Shown: positions 51,060 to 60,124, counted from the stretch's first letter. The stretch: DNA of 64,000 nt from Arenimonas sp. (GCF_035721105.1 NZ_DASTNG010000017.1:23393-87392), one strand, 5' to 3'. Translations and numbers: made by a program. Notes: a model not told the origin generated them from the letters alone.

Positions 51060-51352
51060 CGCGTGCGGGATCAGGACCAAGGCCGGGCATCTTTCCTGCT
51101 GATCCGGTGGGTTAAGCGGGCCGAGGCGCGTAGACCCAGCACGTCAGCGCCTGCGTGTCCCTTCGGACACTGGATGTGGCTGCGGCGCGAGCCTGGAAGG
51201 TGGCCAGATCGGGGGTCCTCGCCGCCCGGCGGCGGGTGTGGGTTCGAGGCAAGCGTCGGTGCGACATCCGGCATCGAACGGCCTGCGCTGCGACGTGGTG
51301 CCGGTGTAGGAACGACGCCAAGCCACGGCTCTTCACCGGGGTGAGGGACCGT
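51060..51352 (+). ncRNA. Candidate structured ncRNA / orphan mobile-element end
   Basis: Several nested complementary helices in a non-coding gap (see findings). Strand and identity are uncertain. Confidence 0.45.
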
Positions 51353-51364
51353 TTTATGCGGGGC

Positions 51365-52480
51365 TCAGGGCGTGGTGCAGTCGGTGCGCAGGGCCAGGGC
51401 CTTGGCGATGTCGCGCCAGTCGAAGGCGCCGGCGCCTTCGTCGTTGTGCGAGACGTACAGCACGCCGTTGGGGAACGCCCGGGTGCCCACCGCGTGCAGC
51501 CAGATGCCGTCGGTCACCGCGACCTGGTTGCCGGCGAAGCTGCCCTTGAACACCAGGCTCTGCCGGTCGAAGACGTGGAAGGCGGTGCGCTCGGGATTCT
51601 GGTCGGCGGTGATCCAGTAGCCGCTGCCGTCGGCGCAGGCCCACAGCGCGACGCCTTCGGCCTGGGCCTGGAAGCGCTCGGGCGGCAGGCTGCGGCCGGT
51701 GTAGGTGCCGTCCATCCGGTACTCGCGCAGGGTGGTGCCGATGCGGATGTCTTCCTCCGCGATCAACAGGCGGTCGTTCACCGGATCACCGGCGATCGAT
51801 TCGACCATGCGCAGCGCGCCTTTCTCGCTGGTGTCGCCGAACTGCTCGACCAGGGTGGCGCGCGGCGTGGCGCCACGCAGGTCGACGTGGTAGCGCTTCA
51901 CCCGCTGGTCGAGCTGGTCCAGCGGCGGCGCCAGCTCGATGCGGTAGTCGGCCATGAAGCTGTCGGTGACGAACAGCTCCAGCTCCCGCGGGGCGAGCTC
52001 GTGCAGCCACAGCCCGTAGGGGCTCTTGAGCTCATCGGCGCCGAAGGCCAGCAGCGGCCGGAAGCTGGGCAGCTCCAGCAGCTGCACGCGGTGGTTGTCG
52101 CGCTCGACCACGAACAGGATGTCGCCGAACACGGCGATGCCGTTGGGGCGCAGGAACTGTCCGGGCGCATCGCCCTTGCCGCCGATCGTGCGCAGCATCG
52201 CGCCGGTGTTGCCGTCGTAGACCACCAGCTGGTTGGTTTCCTTGCCGGTGGCGATCAGCCAGGTGCTGCCGTCGGGCAGGTTCCAGGCCGCGACCGAATC
52301 GATCTCGTGCTCGGGCATCGGCGCGGTGAGGAAGCTTTCGGCCACGTGCGCCATCGGCGGCGGGGTCTTGTCCGGCAGCGGGCCGGACGAGCTGTCGGGA
52401 CGGGCCCCGGGGCCGGCGCAGCCGGCGACGAGCAGGGCCAGGGGCAGGGCGGCGAGGCGCCAGCGGTTCGGAGTGGTCAT
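51365..52480 (-). CDS. Beta-propeller phytase-like lipoprotein (paralog 1)
   Basis: Lipobox VAGC, EIDSVAAW, PNGIAV, PYGLW, AEGVALWAC..GSGYWI.ADQ, TDGIWL, FPNGVLYVSHND. Confidence 0.75.
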   Translation of the reverse strand: MTTPNRWRLAALPLALLVAGCAGPGARPDSSSGPLPDKTPPPMAHVAESFLTAPMPEHEIDSVAAWNLPDGSTWLIATGKETNQLVVYDGNTGAMLRTIGGKGDAPGQFLRPNGIAVFGDILFVVERDNHRVQLLELPSFRPLLAFGADELKSPYGLWLHELAPRELELFVTDSFMADYRIELAPPLDQLDQRVKRYHVDLRGATPRATLVEQFGDTSEKGALRMVESIAGDPVNDRLLIAEEDIRIGTTLREYRMDGTYTGRSLPPERFQAQAEGVALWACADGSGYWITADQNPERTAFHVFDRQSLVFKGSFAGNQVAVTDGIWLHAVGTRAFPNGVLYVSHNDEGAGAFDWRDIAKALALRTDCTTP

Positions 52481-52556
52481 GGGCACCGATTATGCGGCGG
52501 GCCCCGGCGGGCTGGCCATCCCGCCCCGTATCCATCGCTTCATCCGCATGAAGGGA

Positions 52557-52585
52557 TTGACATGGTCGCGAGGGAGGCGCAAAGT
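52557..52585 (+). promoter_or_regulatory. Sigma70-like promoter of the met operon
   Basis: TTGACA-N17-CAAAGT just upstream of the riboswitch. Confidence 0.55.
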
Positions 52586-52598
52586 CCACCCCGCAACA

Positions 52599-52712
52599 CC
52601 CATCGAGACCGGCTGAGGGGTAGGCCCGAAGACGCCGGGGCAACCCATGCACGAGCAATCGCGCATGAAGGTGCCAATTCCTGCGGGGACCGCGCGTCCG
52701 CCGAGAGATGGG
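52599..52712 (+). ncRNA. SAM-I riboswitch aptamer
   Basis: P1 CCCATC/GATGGG, CTGAGGGG..GGCCC, GCAACC, GGTGCCAATTCCTGC, GAGAGATG, upstream of metX-metB-hom. Confidence 0.9.
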
Positions 52713-52765
52713 TCATGTGCTTCCCCGCCCCGGCGGGGCACGTGACGCCGCTTTCCCGCAAGAAC

Positions 52766-52793
52766 CTCCCTGGGTGCCCGACCCACCCAGGAG
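52766..52793 (+). promoter_or_regulatory. RBS-sequestering hairpin (riboswitch expression platform)
   Basis: CTCCCTGGGTG pairs with CACCCAGGAG, which contains the metX RBS. Confidence 0.65.
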
Positions 52794-52800
52794 CCCCGCG

Positions 52801-53937
52801 ATGAGTGTCCACCCCGCCCCCAGCCGCGCCCCGGCCGTTTCCGCCATCCCGGCGGTCCGCGCCATCACCGCCCCCGCCGCGGCCCTCCCTGTAGGAGGGC
52901 CTTCAGGCCCGAATCTCTTCGCCGCGACCCTGACGACGAAGCCGTCCGTCGAAACCGCTTCGGGCCTGACGCCCCTCCTGCAGGGCGCCACGGGCTTCAC
53001 GCTGCCCTGCGAACTACCCCTGCGCCACGCCGGCCCGCGCCACGTCGTGATCCGCGGCGAATGGCACGGGGCGCCCGGCGCGCCGGTGGTCGTGGTGGCG
53101 GGCGGCATTTCGGCCGGTCGCCAGGTCGTCGCGGGCGCGGCGTCCCCGGGCTGGTGGGACGCGCAGGTCGGCCCCGGCCGCGCCATCGATACCCGCCGCT
53201 TCCGCGTGCTGGCCCTCGACTGGCTGGGCGCCGACGGCGCGCTGGACGCCCCCATCGACAGTGCTGACCAGGCCGATGCTTTCGCCGCGGTGCTCGATCA
53301 CTTCGGACTGCGCCGGGTACGCGCCTTCGTCGGCGCCTCGTACGGGGCGATGGTCGGGCTGCAGTTCGCGGCGCGGCACGGCGATCGCCTCGATCGCCTC
53401 GTCGCAATCTCCGGCGCCCATCGCGCCCATCCCTACGCCAGCGCCTGGCGCGCGCTGCAGCGCCAGTGCGTGGCGCTGGGGCGCAGCGAGGGCAGCGTGT
53501 CGCGCGGCCTGGCCCTGGCCCGGCAGTTCGCGATGCTCAGCTATCGCACGCCCGAGGAATTCGGCGAACGCTTCGATGCACCGGCCGCGCTGCAGGGCAA
53601 CGTCGCCCGCTGCGCCGCCGAGGACTACCTGGCGCACTGCGGCCAGCGCTACGCCGCGCGCTGGACCAGCACCGCCTTCCTGCGCCTGTCCGAATCGATC
53701 GACCTGCACCGCGTCGATCCCGCCGGCGTGCGGGTGCCGACGACCGTGGTCGCGGTCGAGGATGACCGCCTGGTGCCGCTGGCCGACCTGCAGCAGCTGG
53801 TCGAGACGCTCGGTGCGCCGGCCACGCTGCGGCCGTTGCGCTCGCGCTTTGGCCACGACGCGTTCCTGAAGGAGGAGGCCGCGATCGCGCGGCTGCTGCG
53901 CGAAGCCCTGGCCGCGGCCGAAGGCGGTGCGGCGTGA
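52801..53937 (+). CDS. metX: Homoserine O-succinyl/acetyltransferase (MetX alpha/beta-hydrolase family)
   Basis: VAGGISA, GWWDAQVG, FVGASYGAMVGL, LSYRTPEEF, SESIDLH, FGHDAFLKE. Confidence 0.92.
   Translation: MSVHPAPSRAPAVSAIPAVRAITAPAAALPVGGPSGPNLFAATLTTKPSVETASGLTPLLQGATGFTLPCELPLRHAGPRHVVIRGEWHGAPGAPVVVVAGGISAGRQVVAGAASPGWWDAQVGPGRAIDTRRFRVLALDWLGADGALDAPIDSADQADAFAAVLDHFGLRRVRAFVGASYGAMVGLQFAARHGDRLDRLVAISGAHRAHPYASAWRALQRQCVALGRSEGSVSRGLALARQFAMLSYRTPEEFGERFDAPAALQGNVARCAAEDYLAHCGQRYAARWTSTAFLRLSESIDLHRVDPAGVRVPTTVVAVEDDRLVPLADLQQLVETLGAPATLRPLRSRFGHDAFLKEEAAIARLLREALAAAEGGAA
52889..52983. repeat. REP doublet (subtype B, right arm decayed) in the metX N-terminal coding region
   Basis: CTGTAGGAGGGCCTTCAGGCCCGAA (PVGGPSGPN) and TTCGGGCCTGACGCCCCTCCTGCAG (SGLTPLLQ). 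Confidence 0.85.
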
Positions 53938-55118
53938 GCGCGCGCTGTCCCGCCACCGTCGCGGTGCGCGCCGGCATCGACGCCGACACGGCCTTCGGTG
54001 CGGTCACGCCGCCCTTGGTGCTGTCGAGCAACTTCAGTTTCGCCGGCTTCGACCGCAAGCGCCGCTACGACTACACCCGCAGCGGCAACCCGACCCGCGA
54101 CCAGCTGGCCGAGGCGCTGGCCGAGCTCGAGGGCGGCGCCAATGCCGTGGTCACCGCCACCGGCCTGGCCGCGATCACGCTGGTGCTGGAAGCGGTGCTG
54201 CAGCCGGGCGACCGGCTGGTGGTGACGCATGACTGCTACGGCGGCAGCTGGCGGCTGTTCGATGCGCTCGCGCGCAAGGGCCGCTTCACGCTGGCCCTGG
54301 TCGACCTGGCCGACCCGCGGGCGCTGGCCGCCGCACTGGCGACGCCAACCGCGCTGGTCTGGATCGAGACGCCGTCGAATCCGCTGCTGCGCATCACCGA
54401 CCTGCAGGCCGTCATCGCCGCCGCCCACGCGGCCGGGGCGCTGGCGCTGGTGGACAACACCTTCCTGTCGCCGGCGCTGCAGCGTCCGATCGAGTTCGGC
54501 GCCGACTACGTGCTGCACTCGACCACCAAGTACATCAACGGCCACAGCGACGTGGTCGGTGGCGCGGTGGTCGCGCGCGACGCGGCGCGGCACGAGTCCC
54601 TGGCCTGGTGGGCGAATGCCCTAGGCCTCACCGGCTCGCCCTTCGACAGTTTCCTGACCCTGCGCGGCCTGCGCACCCTGGACGCGCGCCTGCGCGTGCA
54701 CCAGGAAAACGCCGCCGCGCTGGCCGAGCGCCTGCAGCGGCACCCGGCCTGCGCCGCCGTGCACTATCCCGGCCTGGCCACGCACCCGGGCCACGCGCTG
54801 GCCGCGCGACAGCAGCGCGGCTTCGGCGCGATGCTGTCGCTGGAGCTCGCGGGCGGCGTGCCGGCGGTGCGCGCCTTCCTCGACGGCTTGCGCCACGTCA
54901 CCCTGGCCGAATCGCTGGGCGGCGTGGAGAGCCTGGTGGCCCATCCGGCCACGATGACGCACGCGGCGATGTCGGCCGAGGCGCGCCGGAACGCCGGCAT
55001 CGGCGAGGGCCTCTTGCGCCTGTCCGTCGGCATCGAGGCGCTGGAAGACCTGGAGGCCGACCTCGGGGCGGCGCTGGCGCGCGCGGCGCGCGTGTCGTCC
55101 CCGGCGGTGCTGTCGTGA
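53934..55118 (+). CDS. metB: Cystathionine gamma-synthase / O-succinylhomoserine (thiol)-lyase
   Basis: YDYTRSGNPTR, WIETPSNP, VDNTFLSP, HSTTKYINGHSD, LAESLGGVESL. Confidence 0.93.
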   Translation: MSARCPATVAVRAGIDADTAFGAVTPPLVLSSNFSFAGFDRKRRYDYTRSGNPTRDQLAEALAELEGGANAVVTATGLAAITLVLEAVLQPGDRLVVTHDCYGGSWRLFDALARKGRFTLALVDLADPRALAAALATPTALVWIETPSNPLLRITDLQAVIAAAHAAGALALVDNTFLSPALQRPIEFGADYVLHSTTKYINGHSDVVGGAVVARDAARHESLAWWANALGLTGSPFDSFLTLRGLRTLDARLRVHQENAAALAERLQRHPACAAVHYPGLATHPGHALAARQQRGFGAMLSLELAGGVPAVRAFLDGLRHVTLAESLGGVESLVAHPATMTHAAMSAEARRNAGIGEGLLRLSVGIEALEDLEADLGAALARAARVSSPAVLS

Positions 55119-56251
55119 ACCGGCCGCGGGAGGCCCTGGCACCGGCCGTACCCGGCACGGCAGCGACGCCGGCACGCGTGGCGCTGCTGGGCGTGGGTAC
55201 CGTCGGCCGCGCGCTGCTGGCGCGACTGGCCGAACGCAACGATCCGCGCCTGTCGCTGCAGTTCGTGGCGACCTCGCGCCGCCGCCTGCAGGCGACCGCG
55301 GGCCTGGCCGCCGCGGCCTGCGCCGAGGCGCTGGCGCGCAGCGACGGGCCCCGCGCGGCACCGCCGTCCCTCGCGTCGTCGACGGGCGCCGCCGCCCTGC
55401 CGGTCTGCGAACCCCACGACGGCGGCGGCGCCTTGCCCGCGCACTTCGGTCCGGGCGACATCGTCGTCGACGCGACGGCATCGGCCGAGCTTGCGGCCTG
55501 GCATCCGCGCTGGCTGCGCCAGGGCCTGCACGTGGTCAGTGCGAACAAGCTGGGCCTGGGCGGTCCGCTGCTGCGCCAGCACGAGATCGCGCAGCTGGTG
55601 AACGCCGAGCGCCGCTACGGCGACGCCGCCACCGTCGGCGCCGGGCTGCCGCTGCTGGCGACCCTGCGCCAACTGCGCGCCGGCGGCGACCGCATCGGCG
55701 CCATCGTCGGCGTGCTGTCGGGCACGCTGGCCTGGCTGTTCGACGGCTACGACGGCCGCGAGGCCTTCTCCGACCGCGTGCGCGCGGCGGTGGCCCAGGG
55801 CTATGCCGAGCCGGATCCGCGCGTCGATCTCTCGGGCGAAGACGTGCGCCGCAAGCTGCTGATCCTGGCGCGCACGGCCGGCTACCCGCTGGAGTCCGAG
55901 GAGGTGCGGGTGGATTCGCTGCTGACCCCGGCGCTGCAGGCCGCGGCCGCGGGCGAGGTCGACGCCGCCCTGCGCGGACTCGACGGTCCACTCGGCGAAC
56001 GCGCCGCCCGGGCCCGCGGCGACGGTCGCGTGCTGCGCTACGTCGCGCGCTTCGACGCCGCCGGCGCCCGGATCGGCCTGGAGTCGCTGGCGCCGGACGA
56101 TCCGATCGCCGTCGGTCGCGGCTGCGACAATCGCGTCGCGGTTTGGAGCAGCCGCTATCGGGAGCGTCCGCTGCAGATCCAGGGGCCCGGTGCGGGGGCT
56201 GGGGTTACGGCGGCTGCGCTGTTGGATGATTTGTTGCGGGTGGTGGGCTGA
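55115..56251 (+). CDS. hom: Homoserine dehydrogenase
   Basis: ALLGVGTVG, VVSANK, ATVGAGLP, GYAEPDPRVDLSGEDV.RKL, GPGAGAGVTA. Confidence 0.9.
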   Translation: MNRPREALAPAVPGTAATPARVALLGVGTVGRALLARLAERNDPRLSLQFVATSRRRLQATAGLAAAACAEALARSDGPRAAPPSLASSTGAAALPVCEPHDGGGALPAHFGPGDIVVDATASAELAAWHPRWLRQGLHVVSANKLGLGGPLLRQHEIAQLVNAERRYGDAATVGAGLPLLATLRQLRAGGDRIGAIVGVLSGTLAWLFDGYDGREAFSDRVRAAVAQGYAEPDPRVDLSGEDVRRKLLILARTAGYPLESEEVRVDSLLTPALQAAAAGEVDAALRGLDGPLGERAARARGDGRVLRYVARFDAAGARIGLESLAPDDPIAVGRGCDNRVAVWSSRYRERPLQIQGPGAGAGVTAAALLDDLLRVVG

Positions 56252-56273
56252 GGCTTCGATTGGGGGAAGAGCG

Positions 56274-56417
56274 GGTTACACGGATCAAAGCGGAAAAGGC
56301 GGATAAGGGCCGATAGAGCAGAAAATAAGGGGGCCTGCGCGAGACGATTGATCGCGCGTTGGACCACTTGAGTTTTATCCGCTCTTATCTGATGTTTCCG
56401 CTCTTATCCGCGTTCAA
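56274..56417. repeat. 10-nt-unit inverted-repeat element (copy 2)
   Basis: ACACGGATCAAAGCGGAAAAGGCGGATAAGGGCCGATAGAGC ... TTATCCGCTCTTATCTGATGTTTCCGCTCTTATCCGCGTTCAA. Confidence 0.85.
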
Positions 56418-56468
56418 ATCTTTTCACCTCATGTGTGCTGAGGTTCGGTTCAGTGCGGCACTACGCCA

Positions 56469-57632
56469 TCAAGGCGCCGTGCACTGCTCCTGTAGTCCGA
56501 GGGCGGCGGCGATGTCGCGCCAGTCGAAGGCGCCGATGCCCATGTCGTCGTGTACGGCATAGAAGACGCCGGCGGGGAAGCGGCGGGTGCCGGCCTGGTG
56601 CAGCCACACGCCGTCGGTGTTGGCGATGGTGTTGCCGGCGAAGGCGCCCAGCGGGTCCAGGGTGACGCGGTCGAAGACGTGGAACAGGCTGTGGTCCTTG
56701 AACTGGTCGGTGGCGATCCAGTAACCGCTGCCGTCGTCGCAGGCCCAGAGCGTCACGCCTTCGGCCTGCGCCTTGAAACGGCCAACGCCGATCGAGCGGC
56801 CCTTGAACTGGCCGTCCAGCGCGTACTCGCGGTAGCCGGTGCCGGTGGCGACGTCTTCCTCGGCGATCAGCAGGCGGTCGTTGGCGACGTCGCCCCACAG
56901 CGATTCGGGGATGCGGATCGCGCCCAGCACGCTGGTGGCGCCGAACGGGCCGGTCGGCTCGGCCGTCAGGGCGGCGGCGTCGCCGCGCACGCGGTAGCGA
57001 TGGATGCGGTGGTCCAGCTCGGCCATCGGCGGCAGGATGTCTTCGTCGCCGGCGTCCTGGCCGGCCATGTAGGCGTCGCTGACCAGCACCTCCAGGTCGT
57101 CCGGCGCATGGGCGCGTACCCACAGCCCGTAGGGCTTTTGCAGTGCGTCCTGGCCGAAGCCCAGCCGCGGCTCGAAGCCGGGCAGGGACAGCACCTGCAC
57201 CCGGGCGTTGTCGCGCTCGACCACGAACAGCAGGTCGCCCACGACCGCCACGCCGTTGGGCCGGTTGAACTGTCCCAGCGCCGGCCCGACGGTGCCGACG
57301 CTGCGCAGGGTCGCGCCGGTGTCGCCGTCGTAGACCACCAGGCCCTTGTCGCCTTCCTTGGCGGTGGCGATCACCCAGGTGCTGCCGTCAGGCGCGGTCC
57401 ACGCGGCCGGAGAGTCGATGTTGTCGGCCGGGACCATCGCGCTCAGGAAAGCTTCGGGCACCACCGCGTGGGCGATGCCGGACCCGGCCAGCAGCGGATC
57501 GACCTCGCCGTTCTCGTCCGGCTCGCGGTCGCGCACCGCGTCGGTGGTGGGCACGGCGTCGGGCGTCGGCGCCGAGCAGGCGGCGGCGATCAGCAGGGGC
57601 AGCAGGGCGAGCGGGAGCAGGGCGGGGCGCAT
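56469..57632 (-). CDS. Beta-propeller phytase-like lipoprotein (paralog 2)
   Basis: Lipobox AAAC. Clearly homologous to 51365-52480 (NIDSPAAW, PNGVAV, PYGLW, AEGVTLWACDDGSGYWIATDQ, TDGVWL). Confidence 0.75.
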   Translation of the reverse strand: MRPALLPLALLPLLIAAACSAPTPDAVPTTDAVRDREPDENGEVDPLLAGSGIAHAVVPEAFLSAMVPADNIDSPAAWTAPDGSTWVIATAKEGDKGLVVYDGDTGATLRSVGTVGPALGQFNRPNGVAVVGDLLFVVERDNARVQVLSLPGFEPRLGFGQDALQKPYGLWVRAHAPDDLEVLVSDAYMAGQDAGDEDILPPMAELDHRIHRYRVRGDAAALTAEPTGPFGATSVLGAIRIPESLWGDVANDRLLIAEEDVATGTGYREYALDGQFKGRSIGVGRFKAQAEGVTLWACDDGSGYWIATDQFKDHSLFHVFDRVTLDPLGAFAGNTIANTDGVWLHQAGTRRFPAGVFYAVHDDMGIGAFDWRDIAAALGLQEQCTAP

Positions 57633-57669
57633 CGGGACTCCGGGAAGGGAAGGGTTCGGTGACGCTTGT

Positions 57670-57698
57670 ATCGCAGTCACAAGGCAGGGACATGACAG
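57670..57698 (-). promoter_or_regulatory. Putative PHO box array
   Basis: The minus strand reads CTGTCAT-N4-CTGCCTT-N4-CTGCGAT (11-bp period), between the divergent phytase-like and TonB receptor genes. Confidence 0.55.
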
Positions 57699-57764
57699 CG
57701 TCATCCGTCATATTTCGGCCACGTGCGCCACGTAGAAATCCCCGCATCCATCCCAGGGGAACCC

Positions 57765-60101
57765 ATGGCAATGACGAACCGACCGATCGCGTCCCGACTC
57801 TCGCTGGCCATCGCCGGCGCCCTGCTGGCCAGCGCAGGCCTCGCCGCCGCGCAGTCGCCGGCTCCGGCGCTCTCGCCGGACGGCGCGGTGCGCGAACTCG
57901 ACGCCATCGTGGTGCAGGGCGAGATCATCTACCGCGACCGCAGCGCCGACATCGCCCCGACCCTGAGCTACGACCTCGAGTATTTCCAGCGCTTCGAGCC
58001 GCTGACCGTGGGCGACATGCTCAAGCGCGTGCCGAGCGTGGCCTTCGTTTCCGACGTACTTGAATACGACGGCGCCCAGCTGCGCGGCCTGGATCCGGGC
58101 TACACTCAGATCCTGATCAACGGCAAGAAGGTGCCGGGCGCCGGCGCCGACCGCAGCTTCTTCGTCGACCGCATCCCGGCCGAGCTGGTCGAGCGCATCG
58201 AGATCGTGCGCGCGCCCAGCGCCAACCGCTCCGGCGATGCGGTCGCCGGTGCGCTCAACATCGTGCTGCGTGACGCCTTCGAGTTCGACGGTGCCTACGT
58301 GCGCGCCGGTGCGCTGCGCTTCGACGACGGCGAAGTGAAGCCGACCTACGGCGCCGTGGCCAGCGGCGATGTCGGCGGCGGGCGGCTGCTGGGCGGCATC
58401 AACGTGCAGGGCCGCTACAATCCGAAGGCCAAGTTCAGCACCCGGCTGAGCGAGCCGGGCGGCGACTTCGACAATCGCGAGGACCAGACCGACGTCCGCG
58501 ACGGCACCGACTACTCGGGCAACGTGTCCTACACCCGCGAGGTCGGCAGCGGCGAGCTCAAGCTCACCGGCCTGTACGTGCTCACCGACCGTACCCAGAC
58601 CGAGGACTCCATCGAGTACAACGCGCCGACCGGCACCTCCCGCGACAACCTGCTGTCCGTGAACCGCCAGGTGGTCGAGATCGACCAGACCAACCTCGCG
58701 CTGGGCGCCGCCTATGAGTTCGACATGGCCGGTGGCCGCACCGAGATCGACTTCGGGTACGCGGCGTTCAAAGACGAGCAGTTCGACACCGAGGTCGAGA
58801 CCGGCTACGACGATGACGACACGCCGCCGTCCTTCGACGAGTTCGAGGGCGAGCGCACCCTGACCGACGTCGAGGACACCGAGTCCTCGCTGAAGCTGGC
58901 GCACGTGCGCGACCTGGCGGGCAGCCGCTTCGAGTTCGGCCTGGACGCGATGGACAAGTCCCGCGACGCCGACATCCGCATCGCCGAATCCGCCACCGAC
59001 GTCGAGGGCGAGCCGCTGCCGCCGCTCACCGACTTCGACCGCCGCACCAGCCGCATCGATGAGCGCCGGCTCGATCCCTACCTGATGGTCTCGGGCGGCG
59101 ACGTGCTGGAATGGCAGGCCGGCCTGCGCTACGAAACCACCGACGTGGCCGTGGCGGCCGACGGCGACCGCGAGGACAACGACTATGCGGTGCTGCTGCC
59201 CTCGGCCAGCCTGCGCTGGAACCTGGGCGAAGACGACCGCCTGAGCCTGTCGCTGGGCCGCACGGTGCGCCGCCCGGGCTTCGACTTCGTGCTGCCGCTG
59301 CTGCTGGAGGAGGAGTACGGCGACAACGATTTCCTGGGCAACCCGCAGCTCGATCCCGAGACGGCCTGGGGCATCGACCTGGGCTTCGAGCGCCGCCTGG
59401 GCCGCAAGGGCATCGTCGGCGTGAACCTGTTCTACCGCGACATCACCGACCTGATCGAGGTGGTGAACACGGGCGTGCCGAACGAAACCGCGCTCGATGA
59501 CTATGCCGACGACGTCGAGGACTTCCTGGACGAGAACCCGGGCGCCGACGAGACCACGCCGGGCTATCCGGTGTTCGACCCGCAGAGCTTCGTCTACACC
59601 GCGGCCAACGTCGGCGACGGCTACGTGTACGGCATCGAGTTCGACGCCTCGACGCCGCTGACCGCGCTGGGCCTGCCCAACACGGGCGTGTTCGTGAACT
59701 ATTCCTGGCTCGACAGCTCGGTCGACGATGCGTTCGGTGAGCGCCGCTTCAACAACCAGGCCCGCTACGTCTACAACCTCGGCTTCATCCACGACATGCC
59801 GTCGCTGGCGGCCTCCTTCGGCGCCAGCTACCGCAAGCAGGGCGACGCCGAGCTGCGCATCCTGGCCGAGGAAGTCCGCACGTCCTACGGCGCCGACCTA
59901 GAGGTCTTCATCGAAAAGCGCTTCGGCGACAAGCTCTCCGTCCGCCTGACCGGCTCCAACCTGCTGGACGCCAGCAAGGACGAGGTCTTCGACAAGTTCG
60001 ACAACGGCATCGACCAGGCCAACCGCGACTACGACGAATACGAACTCGAGACCGAATCCGCCGGCCCGGTGTACCAGCTGATCGCCCGCTACTCGTTCTG
60101 A
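57765..60101 (+). CDS. TonB-dependent receptor
   Basis: Signal peptide, TonB box ELDAIVVQG, plug (LRGLDPGYTQILING, IPAELVERIEIVR), C-terminal VYQLIARYSF. Confidence 0.93.
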   Translation: MAMTNRPIASRLSLAIAGALLASAGLAAAQSPAPALSPDGAVRELDAIVVQGEIIYRDRSADIAPTLSYDLEYFQRFEPLTVGDMLKRVPSVAFVSDVLEYDGAQLRGLDPGYTQILINGKKVPGAGADRSFFVDRIPAELVERIEIVRAPSANRSGDAVAGALNIVLRDAFEFDGAYVRAGALRFDDGEVKPTYGAVASGDVGGGRLLGGINVQGRYNPKAKFSTRLSEPGGDFDNREDQTDVRDGTDYSGNVSYTREVGSGELKLTGLYVLTDRTQTEDSIEYNAPTGTSRDNLLSVNRQVVEIDQTNLALGAAYEFDMAGGRTEIDFGYAAFKDEQFDTEVETGYDDDDTPPSFDEFEGERTLTDVEDTESSLKLAHVRDLAGSRFEFGLDAMDKSRDADIRIAESATDVEGEPLPPLTDFDRRTSRIDERRLDPYLMVSGGDVLEWQAGLRYETTDVAVAADGDREDNDYAVLLPSASLRWNLGEDDRLSLSLGRTVRRPGFDFVLPLLLEEEYGDNDFLGNPQLDPETAWGIDLGFERRLGRKGIVGVNLFYRDITDLIEVVNTGVPNETALDDYADDVEDFLDENPGADETTPGYPVFDPQSFVYTAANVGDGYVYGIEFDASTPLTALGLPNTGVFVNYSWLDSSVDDAFGERRFNNQARYVYNLGFIHDMPSLAASFGASYRKQGDAELRILAEEVRTSYGADLEVFIEKRFGDKLSVRLTGSNLLDASKDEVFDKFDNGIDQANRDYDEYELETESAGPVYQLIARYSF

Positions 60102-60124
60102 GCGCGAAGCGGTGCCTGGCCTGA

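Noticed and set aside
51063-51344. Short ORFs on both strands in the structured gap (93, 67, 74 and 60 aa)
   Set aside because: They have no RBS or motif and atypical composition, and they overlap extensive base-pairing that is better explained as RNA or DNA structure.
55335-55445. Low-complexity insertion in Hom (RSDGPRAAPPSLASSTG...) as another REP-derived peptide
   Set aside because: There is no GTAG arm or palindrome in the DNA, so it is treated as an ordinary variable loop.
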